A stretch of DNA of 38,252 nt from Escherichia phage E212: the sequence record MZ043897.1; one strand, given 5' to 3'. Shown in pieces: positions 28,973 to 38,252 of this stretch (position 1 is the stretch's first letter; each line of letters opens with the position of its first letter). The position numbers were made by a program, and so were the translations under genes. Below the pieces are notes generated by a model. That model saw only the letters and a program-made list of their open reading frames with translations, was not told the DNA's origin and made no database searches.

Positions 28973-29169
28973 AAACGTGTCAACGACAAACCATCCACAA
29001 CTTGGACGAATGATTTAGCAAAAAGTGCTATTTTTGGTGTTTAGTGTCATAGAAAAGTGAATAGCTCACTTTTCAACATTGCATGAAACTTGCAGGAAAT
29101 GTGACATTACCTTATAGGTAACTTCGGCGAAAATGCAGTAAATGTGAAACGTAATGATTTAAACGTGTC
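28973..29169. repeat. Four copies of an AAAYGTGWM motif plus a 15-bp palindrome in the divergent intergenic region
   Basis: AAACGTGTC (28973-28981 and 29161-29169), AAATGTGAC (29097-29105), AAATGTGAA (29140-29148); palindrome TTACCTTATAGGTAA (29107-29121). Confidence 0.4.
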
Positions 29170-29284
29170 GAGAAAGTGGTTGTAAGTTAGCCTCTGAAGG
29201 ATTGATGACAGCTTTGTTATGGTATTAAATGCAACTTGACACAGTTGTATACATAGCTGCGGCTATCAAGATGGAGGTATGTTT

Positions 29285-29728
29285 ATGCTCACTTGTTTTG
29301 ATGTCGCCGACTACTTCTTGGCGCATTGCGATGAAGAAAGTGGCGACATTATCTCTAACCTAAAAATTCAGAAGTTGACGTATTATGCCCAAGGGTTTTC
29401 TCTGGTTCTTCTGGGTAAACCGCTATTTAATGAGAAAATTGAAGCCTGGATGCATGGGCCAGTAGTTCCTGAATTGTATCGTAAATATAGGGACTGTGGT
29501 AACGGAGCTTTACCTGCGCCAGAAAACTTTGACGCTAAAAAATTCAGTGAAGATGAAATTGAATTGCTGGATGAGGTGTATAAAGTTTATGGTCAGTTTT
29601 CTGCCTGGAAACTGCGCAATATGACTCACGAAGAGCAGCCATGGAAAGATGCTTACATTGAGGGTGCGGTTAGCCAAGAAATCACACTTGATTCTATGAA
29701 AGGTTTTTTCAAAACGTTAATTAACTGA
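29285..29728 (+). CDS. Panacea-domain (DUF4065, GepA/SocA-like) protein; putative antitoxin or regulator
   Basis: DVADYFL...ISNLKIQKLTYYAQGFSLVLLGKPLFNEKIEAWMHGPVVPELY matches the Panacea/COG3600 signature; start at the second ATG (7 nt after GGAGG; track start is 29279). Confidence 0.7.
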   Translation: MLTCFDVADYFLAHCDEESGDIISNLKIQKLTYYAQGFSLVLLGKPLFNEKIEAWMHGPVVPELYRKYRDCGNGALPAPENFDAKKFSEDEIELLDEVYKVYGQFSAWKLRNMTHEEQPWKDAYIEGAVSQEITLDSMKGFFKTLIN

Positions 29729-29733
29729 CGTGT

Positions 29734-30156
29734 ATGTCTAGAGTTAAGGGAAGAATAAAACAGAGGGATAAAGAGAGCTCTGCTACTGTTGGCCTCTCTA
29801 TCCATCACGAATCTCATGATGTAGACAAAAGTCCGCCTGTATTTTCTCTTAGATACCTACAAAAGGGGTATTGCCTAGATTGCTGCCAAAAGCATGAAAA
29901 GGCAGCATTTGCAGATAGGCTGTTCAGGTTAAGTCAGATGTCATGGGATGAGATACGAAAATCTGATAAACACGGGCTTGGGACGGAAAAAATTGCCAGA
30001 AACGCGATAAAGGCTCCGATTCCTAAGCATGTTACTCAAGATGTGGATTTCATTGCGTTCAGATTTTGCTCTAAGGCACCTATGGTTGGTTATAAGATAG
30101 GAGCCACTTTTTATGTCTTATGGCTCGACAGGGAGTTCAAGCTATACAAGCACTAA
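29734..30156 (+). CDS. Hypothetical protein (140 aa), candidate partner or toxin of the Panacea protein
   Basis: Starts 5 nt after the Panacea stop on the same strand (likely co-translated); basic; no family recognised by eye. Confidence 0.5.
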   Translation: MSRVKGRIKQRDKESSATVGLSIHHESHDVDKSPPVFSLRYLQKGYCLDCCQKHEKAAFADRLFRLSQMSWDEIRKSDKHGLGTEKIARNAIKAPIPKHVTQDVDFIAFRFCSKAPMVGYKIGATFYVLWLDREFKLYKH

Positions 30157-30157
30157 T

Positions 30158-30184
30158 AAAACCCACCGTCAGGTGGGTTTTTTA
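30158..30184. terminator. Bidirectional intrinsic terminator between the convergent Panacea operon and ClpP-like gene
   Basis: AAAACCCACC-GTCA-GGTGGGTTTTTT, A-tract upstream and T-tract downstream. Confidence 0.7.
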
Positions 30185-30208
30185 TAAGGAGTAATCATGA
30201 TTTACCCA

Positions 30209-31250
<1,042 letters not shown>

Positions 31251-31269
31251 CAGATAACCAACGCAACGA

Positions 31270-31292
31270 CCCAGCTTCGGCTGGGTTTTTTT
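31270..31292 (+). terminator. Intrinsic terminator upstream of the tailspike gene
   Basis: CCCAGC-TTCG-GCTGGG followed by TTTTTTT. Confidence 0.75.
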
Positions 31293-31350
31293 ATGCCCAA
31301 AATTCACCGTAGCCATGCTGCGGCCATTCCTTGTATCTGGAGCAAATCAA

Positions 31351-33156
31351 ATGACAGATTCAATAAATGCCAATGTTGTAGTGAGTATGCCTTCGCAACT
31401 CTTCACTATGGCGCGTTCTTTTAAAGCCGTAGCTAATGGCAAAATTTATATCGGTAAAATTGACACTGACCCGGTAAATCCTGAAAACCAGATTCAGGTT
31501 TATGTAGAGAACGAAGACGGTTCTCACATTCCTGTTTCGCAACCAATAATCATTAACGCTGCCGGATATCCGGTATATAACGGACAGATTGCCAAATTCG
31601 TTACCGTGCAAGGCCATTCTATGGCTGTTTATGATGCGCATGGTTCGCAGCAGTTCAATTTTCCCAATGTGCTGAAGTATGATCCTGATCAGCTTCGCCA
31701 GGAAATAACATCGACTGGAGATGGAAAGGGGGCTGACATGATACCCCTAACACAAGGAGGAACAATTCAGAATGCTGTGTTCGCAGTAACACCTCAGGCT
31801 TATGGCGCAACATGCGATGGTGTGGCTGATGACTCAGATGCTGTTGAAGAAATGATGGCAGCCTATCCAAATCATTTGATTATTACAATCCCACCTGGTT
31901 CAGTGCTTACAATTAAACGAAAGCTCGTATATGGAGGTAGGCGCTTTGAGATTCGTGGATATTCTGGCGATATGACTAATAAGGTTATAGGAGCGGAGTC
32001 AAGTCAATTATATTGTGACGTTCCTGGGGACTATGCTATTCAATGCGAAAATTCGGATGTTTTTTTATCTGATGTCATTGTAAAGGGAATTCCACAGTAT
32101 GGAAACGGTACTATCGGTACGAATAAAGGAATATCGACATTAAATGGTAATATTAAAACAAACCGCACTTCTTGGCTTGGGTTTGACGTTCCATGTCAAG
32201 GTATCAATTCTTTTTACGTAACATTTATAGATACAGATTGGCTTGCAATTAAAAATGGCCCAGATATACAGCGGGCATATAACATTAAGTTTATAGGCGG
32301 AAGATCTGTTGATTTTGATACATTTTTCAAAATATCAGGCGCTGCTGGTAATGGTCCGATTAATTTTATTGCCATGGCGTTTGAACGGTGGACGAATTAC
32401 GTTGTTGGTACTGATTCTGCTGCACTTATTCGACCGCAAAATATAGCGTTTAAATTTTGTTACTTTGAAAATATGGATGACCAATCTATTTATAACGGTC
32501 TTACTGGGCGGGGCGGTGCTGCAACTCCAGGTGATGCATTTTATAAAAAGTATGCTTATGCCCGCATACTGGTCGGTACGCCAACGTCTTTCAGCATGGA
32601 CGAAACTAACACTGTATATGCTAAAGGGCTTGAAAACGGATGTATAGCAATTGATTCTTGGGGTATACGAGATCTTGTGTTCAAGCCTAAAATTGTTACT
32701 CCAGCAGACTCATGGAATAGTAACCAGAGGCCATTAAGCATGGTTAGGGCAACCTATCTTGACCATGTCGATGTTTTTAATAATAACACCTCACCAGATG
32801 GTGACTTAGGGTTTCCATTTATATCATCTGATAACTCTACACTGTTACCAACAATAAGATCAGGCGTTGGTGTATCCCATGGGAAAACAGTATTGTTTAA
32901 TGGTTTCTACAATCAGACTATAACATTCCAAGATGTTCCAGCAGGTGTCAATGTATATCAAGATATAACAACAACAGAAAAGTTAGACATGGTAAATGCA
33001 AGTGTTAAGATAACATCAAGAAGTGCAGCTTCTGCTATTGCCACAACTCAATTGCAGGTGTTATCTTCAAATAAAATTCGCGTACACATAACAAATGGTC
33101 ACAGTAACCCTGTAACATTTTCTGTGGCAATTGTAATTCCATATTTATTCAAATAA
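31351..33156 (+). CDS. Tailspike protein (P22-like head-binding N-terminal domain, divergent receptor-binding body)
   Basis: N-terminal about 110 aa ([12 protein letters not shown]...[26 protein letters not shown]...[17 protein letters not shown]...VLKYDPDQ) match the P22 tailspike head-binding domain; remainder unrelated in sequence. Confidence 0.85.
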   Translation: MTDSINANVVVSMPSQLFTMARSFKAVANGKIYIGKIDTDPVNPENQIQVYVENEDGSHIPVSQPIIINAAGYPVYNGQIAKFVTVQGHSMAVYDAHGSQQFNFPNVLKYDPDQLRQEITSTGDGKGADMIPLTQGGTIQNAVFAVTPQAYGATCDGVADDSDAVEEMMAAYPNHLIITIPPGSVLTIKRKLVYGGRRFEIRGYSGDMTNKVIGAESSQLYCDVPGDYAIQCENSDVFLSDVIVKGIPQYGNGTIGTNKGISTLNGNIKTNRTSWLGFDVPCQGINSFYVTFIDTDWLAIKNGPDIQRAYNIKFIGGRSVDFDTFFKISGAAGNGPINFIAMAFERWTNYVVGTDSAALIRPQNIAFKFCYFENMDDQSIYNGLTGRGGAATPGDAFYKKYAYARILVGTPTSFSMDETNTVYAKGLENGCIAIDSWGIRDLVFKPKIVTPADSWNSNQRPLSMVRATYLDHVDVFNNNTSPDGDLGFPFISSDNSTLLPTIRSGVGVSHGKTVLFNGFYNQTITFQDVPAGVNVYQDITTTEKLDMVNASVKITSRSAASAIATTQLQVLSSNKIRVHITNGHSNPVTFSVAIVIPYLFK

Positions 33157-33189
33157 TCTAAAAGCCCATTACTGAGCTTTTTTATTTTC

Positions 33190-33213
33190 AGCACACCAAT
33201 CGAGGTGTGCTTT
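33190..33213 (+). terminator. Terminator-like hairpin downstream of the tailspike gene
   Basis: AGCACACC-AATCGA-GGTGTGCT 8-bp stem followed by TTGCAAAT (weak U-tract). Confidence 0.35.
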
Positions 33214-33693
33214 GCAAATAGCTTTAACATTTCTTCTATCAGCTAATAATCAAAGGCATGAAGTCTATCATCCAAGTCTCAATCGATCGATACTTGCTAT
33301 GGTTGATGAGACAAAACTTAGACACACAAAGCTTTGCACTGGATTACTAGGTTTTGTGCTCTTCGATAGTGTTTAAGGTGGATCACTCCACCTTTTCATC
33401 AATCCAGTCCGACCATCACTGCATCATTTCTCTGCGCTTAACGTAGCGGATGCCTCACTATCACACGGTGATGGTTCATTACTGCTTTGTAGAATGGATA
33501 GAGAACTGAGGATAAAAAGATATCCCAAAACCCCAAAATCTCATCTTTAGGATTTGCAGAAAGGGAGGCGTGAACAGATACCTGCGCATGAAGACGGAAC
33601 TAGTCCAGATGTGATATTTGTGGTGATCACATACATCATTAACGATGCTCGTTATGGTGAGTTTGATGACTACCCGCTGAAGTGAAAATTGTG

Positions 33694-33992
33694 TTGTGTA
33701 CCAAATTGCGTACCAAACTAAAATCACAAATCATGAAACCCTTGTTCATGGCGGTTCTCAGGGGCGTTTCGCGTAATCGTGAAAGAGGAAGGTAGGTTGT
33801 TTATCTGTGTCTGTCATTGTCTAGCATTGTCCACTGTAGTTAATTAACTGTCTGTTATAACTCGAAAAACAACCATTTTTTCACCTGAGTATGTCTACGA
33901 ACGTCAAATATAGTTGTTTACTGTGCGCTGTTGTCCATGTGATATTGTGTACCAGATGTGTACCAAACTATTATTTCTGAGCGTACCAAATA
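33694..33992. other. attP-like region: arm-type direct repeats (GTACCARAY, five copies) flanking a candidate core with a 12-bp perfect palindrome
   Basis: Repeats at 33698, 33710, 33949, 33960 and 33983; palindrome AGTTAATTAACT at 33838-33849; immediately upstream of int. Confidence 0.5.
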
Positions 33993-33998
33993 TTATTT

Positions 33999-35177
33999 AT
34001 GGCTATAAGCGACACAAAACTGCGTACTATTTATGGTAAACCATATTCGGGCCCACAAGAAGTGGCTGATGCCGATGGCCTCAGCGTACGAATTTCACCG
34101 AAGGGTGTCATCCAGTTCCAGTACCGCTATCGCTGGCATGGCAAGCCTAATCGACTTGGGCTTGGTCGATACCCATCCCTGTCTTTGAAGGATGCCAGAC
34201 AGATCACTGCTGACTTGCGAAAGCTCTATTTCTCAGGAACGGATCCACGCACCTATTTTGAAGAGAAGGTGGAGAACTCCATGACGGTCGCTCAGTGTCT
34301 CGACTACTGGTTCGACAACTACGTCTCTACAACTCTCAGAGAAAAGACCCAGGCACTTTACCGATCAACGGTTATGAAGCGCATGCATGACGCCTTTCCT
34401 AATCGTCCGGCATCTTCTATCACGGTTAAGCAATGGGTTGACCTGCTTACCGAAGAAGAAAGAGATAATCCACGCCGAGCAAGGCAGGTGCTAAGTCAAC
34501 TAAGATCAGCAATAAGTTGGTGCATGCGGCGTCAGTTGATAGATAGTTGCGCAATTATGAGCATCCAACCAAGGGACTTCGGCTCCCGCGCTGAGGTAGG
34601 GGATCGGGTACTGTCGTATCACGAACTGGCTAAGATTTGGCTTGCTATTGAAAGAAGCCGTGCGTCTACGTCAAATAAGCTCCTTCATCAGATGCTTATG
34701 CTGTGGGGGGCGAGGCTCTCAGAGCTTAGGCTGGCAACAAAGACAGAATTTGACCTGCTGGACAACGTATGGACCGTACCGAAAGAGCATAGCAAGATGG
34801 GTAATGTTATCCGCCGTCCAATCTTCGAACAAATTAAGCCTTTTCTCGAAAAGGCCATGACAACGTACAATGATGTTCTTTTCCCTGGAGAAGACATAAA
34901 CAAACCGATCAGCATCGCTGCAGCCAACCGATTCGTAAATAGAATAAGGGGAGGGATGGATCTGGGTTACTGGCGAACACATGATTTCAGAAGAACGCTT
35001 GTTACACGTCTGTCCGAGATGAATGTCGAGCCTCATGTTACTGAGCGAATGCTCGGTCATGAACTTGGCGGGATAATGTCCGTGTACAATAAACACGACT
35101 GGATAGAGGCTCAGCGCAAAGCGTATGAGCTTCACGCTGATAAATTGTTCTGGCACATCAGGAGCATTTCTGATTAA
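33999..35177 (+). CDS. int: Tyrosine integrase, P4-type (N-terminal arm-binding domain)
   Basis: N-terminus SDTKLRTIYGKPYSGPQEVADADGLSVRISPKGVIQFQYRYRWHGKPNRLGLGRYPSLSLKDARQ typical of P4-like integrase arm-binding domains; C-terminal catalytic region with HDFRRT and a conserved Tyr. Confidence 0.85.
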   Translation: MAISDTKLRTIYGKPYSGPQEVADADGLSVRISPKGVIQFQYRYRWHGKPNRLGLGRYPSLSLKDARQITADLRKLYFSGTDPRTYFEEKVENSMTVAQCLDYWFDNYVSTTLREKTQALYRSTVMKRMHDAFPNRPASSITVKQWVDLLTEEERDNPRRARQVLSQLRSAISWCMRRQLIDSCAIMSIQPRDFGSRAEVGDRVLSYHELAKIWLAIERSRASTSNKLLHQMLMLWGARLSELRLATKTEFDLLDNVWTVPKEHSKMGNVIRRPIFEQIKPFLEKAMTTYNDVLFPGEDINKPISIAAANRFVNRIRGGMDLGYWRTHDFRRTLVTRLSEMNVEPHVTERMLGHELGGIMSVYNKHDWIEAQRKAYELHADKLFWHIRSISD

Positions 35178-35349
35178 CGCCACCGTTAAGAATCCACCCT
35201 TCAACAGCTTCACGAAGGTATGATTTGGGGTGGGTTCTGACTGGCTTCGGAAATCCGTGCCGTTTGGTATAGTTCCAGATTGTCTGACGTGATGAAACAC
35301 CGAGCTTGTTCATCACTTCTTTCTCAGGAATCAGGCTGGTATCGGTCAT
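35158..35349 (-). CDS. AlpA/Xis-like small HTH protein (putative excisionase or regulator)
   Basis: 63-aa ORF; KEVMNKLGVSSRQTIWNYTKRHGFPKPV...EAVEGWI matches the AlpA-family pattern; RBS GGAG; 3' end overlaps the int 3' end by 20 nt. Confidence 0.6.
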   Translation of the reverse strand: MTDTSLIPEKEVMNKLGVSSRQTIWNYTKRHGFPKPVRTHPKSYLREAVEGWILNGGVNQKCS

Positions 35350-35428
35350 CTTAATTCTCCAGGCAAAAATAAACCGCCATACAGCGGCTCTATCAGATAT
35401 GAACAGGCCTCATCGAGTGTGAGGCGGG

Positions 35429-35773
35429 TTAGTCCTTGCGTAGCTCGCTGATTCTTCTGTAAGTCTCTGGTGCTTTGTTCCCGTACGTCTTCATTTCAGA
35501 CTTCAACAGAGCAACGAGTGAATCCCATTCGTTGAGGATTCCTTTGAATGCCGGAACGCGCTTTGCAACCTTGTCGAATGAATCTCTGATTTCTGGAATC
35601 TGCTCAACAAGTGCAACGCATCGCCGGAAATCGGCTGCGTCATGTGGAGCGCCGAAGTGATGACCATAGATATTCTTTTTCAGTCCACACGCGATTGAGG
35701 CAAGAGTTGCGCTACTGATGCCGACATCGCCAGTTGATTGCCATTTCAAAACCTTCATAGCCAAATCTGACAT
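35429..35773 (-). CDS. Hypothetical early protein (114 aa)
   Basis: Start at the internal Met with RBS GGAG; an alternative upstream ATG at 35800 overlaps the stop of the preceding small ORF. Confidence 0.5.
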   Translation of the reverse strand: MSDLAMKVLKWQSTGDVGISSATLASIACGLKKNIYGHHFGAPHDAADFRRCVALVEQIPEIRDSFDKVAKRVPAFKGILNEWDSLVALLKSEMKTYGNKAPETYRRISELRKD

Positions 35774-35799
35774 TTCTTGTCTCCAATAAAAAACCGCCA

Positions 35800-35967
35800 T
35801 CAGGCGTCTTGGTGTTCTTTCAGTTCTTCAATTCGAATATTGGTTACGTCTGCATGCGCTATCTGCGCCCATATCATCCAGTGGTTATAGCAGTCGTTGA
35901 TGTCCTCTGCTTCGATAACCCTGTCGAATGGCTCTCCATTCCATTCACCTGTGACTCGGAAGTGCAT
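35800..35967 (-). CDS. Hypothetical small protein (55 aa)
   Basis: ORF MHFRVTGEWNGEPFDRVIEAEDINDCYNHW... with RBS GGAG 7 nt upstream. Confidence 0.4.
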   Translation of the reverse strand: MHFRVTGEWNGEPFDRVIEAEDINDCYNHWMIWAQIAHADVTNIRIEELKEHQDA

Positions 35968-35980
35968 TTATCATCTCCAT

Positions 35981-36003
35981 AAAACAAAACTCGCCGTAGC
36001 GAG
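35981..36003 (-). terminator. Intercistronic terminator-like hairpin in the leftward early operon
   Basis: Minus strand CUCGC-UACG-GCGAG followed by UUUUGUUUU. Confidence 0.4.
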
Positions 36004-36068
36004 TTCAGATAAAAGAAATCCCCGCGAGTGCGAGGATTGTTAGTTGCGCTCTGCTGCTGCCTTAGCCA

Positions 36069-36155
36069 TTACCATATCCACCAAACTTCACCAGACATGA
36101 TTCTCGCAATCACTATCATCACCAAAGTGATAATCACAACTTTAACTGGCGGCAT
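36069..36155 (-). CDS. 28-aa hydrophobic peptide (putative small membrane peptide)
   Basis: MPPVKVVIITLVMIVIARIMSGEVWWIW; its ATG overlaps the stop of the upstream 232-aa ORF (TGATG); below the ORF-track cutoff. Confidence 0.3.
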   Translation of the reverse strand: MPPVKVVIITLVMIVIARIMSGEVWWIW

Positions 36156-36853
36156 CATTCACCATCCTGCTGCGGTTCTGCTGGATATGCTTTTCTCATC
36201 CAATGCGTGGCGTCATGAATAACGAACTGATATTCATCATCAGTAAACATCGAGCCATCCCACTGTAGCCCGTCAATAACGCCTCTGGATGGAGAGAATA
36301 CCCAGATATCGAAATCGTATTTCTCCGGCATTCGCTCACTACAGCTTATCCAGCCATCCGGAGTTACCGGAGAATTGCCATTTACCAAGTCAGCTCGAAC
36401 ATATAGCGTGTCATCATGGTGCTGATTGTGGCTGCACCACGTTAATTCGCTTAACTCGCCATCTTCTGGCCATACTCCAGCTGTTTGCAGCCAGATATGG
36501 GCTGGCGCATCTTGGCAAGGTGTATTAACTGGCAACTTGTAAGTTTGGCTTACAGGTTGGCTACCCTGAAGCATGGCAGCGTGGCAGGCATCCTCTACGC
36601 CCTTTACTGCATCTGCGCAGTAGTTATAGCGATTGCATTCCACTAACTTCTGCTTGAGATTTTCAATTGCTTGCGCGACATCAGCCTGTATTTCCGGAAA
36701 TGGCGGTTCTGCCCGGCCTTTCCAGCCTTCCCACATGGCAGCCATCATCACGAACCAAGCGTTTCCACAGCCATCTTTTTTGTTATCAAAGAACCAGTCA
36801 GCGAACTCTAGGCTCATGCCATTTTGTTCTGCTATTTCATATCGATTATCCAT
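36155..36853 (-). CDS. Hypothetical early protein (232 aa)
   Basis: Long ORF in the leftward operon; Trp/Cys-rich; start overlaps the stop of the upstream ORF. Confidence 0.55.
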   Translation of the reverse strand: MDNRYEIAEQNGMSLEFADWFFDNKKDGCGNAWFVMMAAMWEGWKGRAEPPFPEIQADVAQAIENLKQKLVECNRYNYCADAVKGVEDACHAAMLQGSQPVSQTYKLPVNTPCQDAPAHIWLQTAGVWPEDGELSELTWCSHNQHHDDTLYVRADLVNGNSPVTPDGWISCSERMPEKYDFDIWVFSPSRGVIDGLQWDGSMFTDDEYQFVIHDATHWMRKAYPAEPQQDGE

Positions 36854-37307
36854 TGTTCTCCTCCTTGTTTAGCATGGCGGCGCGGCAGGCGTTCCATATT
36901 TCGGCAGCAATATCGCGCTCGCTATCGGTTAATTTGTACGTGGAAACATAGCCAGAGAGCATTTCTACGTTTTCCGGAGTTGCTTCTTCCGGCACTACCG
37001 GCGCTGGCAAGGCAGCGTGATAGTAGAGTGGCATAGTTTTGTACAGTGGTTCGCCAGGACTTCCGTCAACCTGATTCCATTCTTCAACCCAGGCATCAAC
37101 AACCGCTTTGCTGGTTGATACATGTTCTTCTGAATCTACATTTTGTCCTGATATACAGAACATAACTGCCTCTGCTTCCAGCGATTCCAGAGCAATTCGT
37201 GCCAGTTCTTCCGCTTCTTCTGCTGGCAGTACAACGTTGCTACCAGGTCCGTATGTTTCGCGCCACTGCTTGATTGTCAGCAGTCGCTCTTTGGTAATAG
37301 TGGTCAT
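36846..37307 (-). CDS. Hypothetical early protein (153 aa)
   Basis: ORF with ATGA-type overlap to the upstream gene; acidic. Confidence 0.5.
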   Translation of the reverse strand: MTTITKERLLTIKQWRETYGPGSNVVLPAEEAEELARIALESLEAEAVMFCISGQNVDSEEHVSTSKAVVDAWVEEWNQVDGSPGEPLYKTMPLYYHAALPAPVVPEEATPENVEMLSGYVSTYKLTDSERDIAAEIWNACRAAMLNKEENNG

Positions 37308-37513
37308 TTGTTAATCCTCAAAACTTTATGCCCGGGCGCAAAAGCACGCGTTTTGTCTTTGCTTATTCGCCAGCCATCCTTGCGCGCCTCTTTTGCACAG
37401 CCAGCCCATGACGTACCGATATATTCACCGAAGTCTGGCGTTTGATATTTACCATTTGTACACTGGCGACAATCACAGTAGAGATGCATGGTGTAACTTG
37501 CGGCAATAGCCAT
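37304..37513 (-). CDS. Hypothetical small Cys-containing protein (69 aa)
   Basis: ORF with a CDCRQC cluster; tightly packed between neighbours. Confidence 0.45.
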   Translation of the reverse strand: MAIAASYTMHLYCDCRQCTNGKYQTPDFGEYIGTSWAGCAKEARKDGWRISKDKTRAFAPGHKVLRINK

Positions 37514-37514
37514 A

Positions 37515-38111
37515 TCACTCTCCTTTGATGCGAATGCCAGCGTCAGACATCATATGCAGATACTCAACTGCATCCTGAACCCATTGACCGCCAATCCCGT
37601 AATAGCGATGCGTAATGATGTCGATAGTTACTAACGGGTCTTGTTCGATTAACTTCCGCAGAAACTCTTCCAGGTCACCAGTGCAGTGCTTGATGACAGG
37701 AGTTTTCCCAGGATGGCGAACAACAAGAAACTGATTTCCGACTTCACGGACTTCGTTGCTTTCCAGTTCTGCAATGCGCTTTTTTGCTGCTTCCAGTTCA
37801 TCCAGTAATTCCAGCACGGTAGCCGGATTAGCCTTGGCAACAAAATCCCGGACTGGCTTACAATCAATCTCCGCAATGGGTTGATACGATGTGTAGCCAT
37901 GCTGTCTTGTATAGCTACCGTGACGAATAACGAAAAAATCACCATTTATTTTTTTAGCCTGCCACTTATCTTCACCGGCTTTCTCTGCCTTTTCACGCAG
38001 TGCCTGATAGTCAATCTTGTTCACTTTCTTCTGCGGAGAACTTACCGAAAAGTGATACTTCGGCTCTTGTCCAGCGTCTTCCACGAAGTCGGCTAACAAT
38101 GTCAGCGCCAA
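37515..38111 (-). CDS. Hypothetical early protein with central coiled-coil (Ea22-like?)
   Basis: 198-aa ORF; segment ATVLELLDELEAAKKRIAELE resembles the coiled-coil motif of Ea22-like prophage proteins; the true start may be the GTG at 38023. Confidence 0.45.
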   Translation of the reverse strand: MALTLLADFVEDAGQEPKYHFSVSSPQKKVNKIDYQALREKAEKAGEDKWQAKKINGDFFVIRHGSYTRQHGYTSYQPIAEIDCKPVRDFVAKANPATVLELLDELEAAKKRIAELESNEVREVGNQFLVVRHPGKTPVIKHCTGDLEEFLRKLIEQDPLVTIDIITHRYYGIGGQWVQDAVEYLHMMSDAGIRIKGE

Positions 38112-38241
38112 TCCTTGTTGCTTTCGCCATTACTGCTTTTTCAGTCCTTTCCAGTTTTTCAGCGATAACTTCAACTGGCATTGTCGCCGCTACTTCGCGC
38201 AAGAAATCGACTTCCCATTTCTCCCATGGAGTCTTTTTCAT
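38011..38241 (-). CDS. Hypothetical small protein (76 aa)
   Basis: ORF overlapping the annotated 5' end of the next gene by 100 nt; which of the two is real there is unresolved. Confidence 0.35.
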   Translation of the reverse strand: MKKTPWEKWEVDFLREVAATMPVEVIAEKLERTEKAVMAKATRIGADIVSRLRGRRWTRAEVSLFGKFSAEESEQD

Positions 38242-38252
38242 AGTCGATACCG

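Noticed and set aside
33157-33998. tRNA gene or tRNA 3' fragment as the integration target for the P4-type integrase
   Set aside because: No T-arm (GGTTCGAATCC-like) or acceptor-CCA pattern could be recognised by eye; this needs a tRNA scan and host comparison.
36028-36222. 64-aa plus-strand ORF in the early region
   Set aside because: It is antisense to the leftward operon; the minus-strand 28-aa peptide with translational coupling explains the region better.

Overview
The window reads as an essentially complete, circularly permuted genome of a temperate lambdoid phage. It joins a lambda-type control, replication and lysis backbone (N-like antiterminator with nut-like sites, cI/cro/cII immunity region, O with ori iterons, P, ren, nin region, Q, pR'-6S-tR', S-R-Rz/Rz1) to a P22-type packaging and virion module (small and large terminase, portal, scaffold, coat, gp4, gp10, gp26, gp14, gp7, gp20, gp16, tailspike with a P22-like head-binding N-terminus). 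An attP-like region and a P4-type tyrosine integrase follow, then a leftward early operon (AlpA/Xis-like through RecT and a Gam-like protein) that wraps around the window ends. Candidate undescribed systems sit in accessory loci: (1) a NYN/LabA-like nuclease gene bracketed by hairpin terminators in the rexAB slot beside cI; (2) a 2.7 kb island between the ejection-protein genes and the tailspike carrying a small membrane protein, a Panacea (DUF4065) protein with an unknown partner, an orphan ClpP-like protease and an IS21 istB remnant. Smaller morons are a KilA-N gene after the lysis cassette and a Dam-like methyltransferase, an antirepressor and an unknown ORF in the nin region. No rRNA, tRNA or CRISPR array was recognised. 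All assignments come from reading the translations and sequence by eye; no searches were run.
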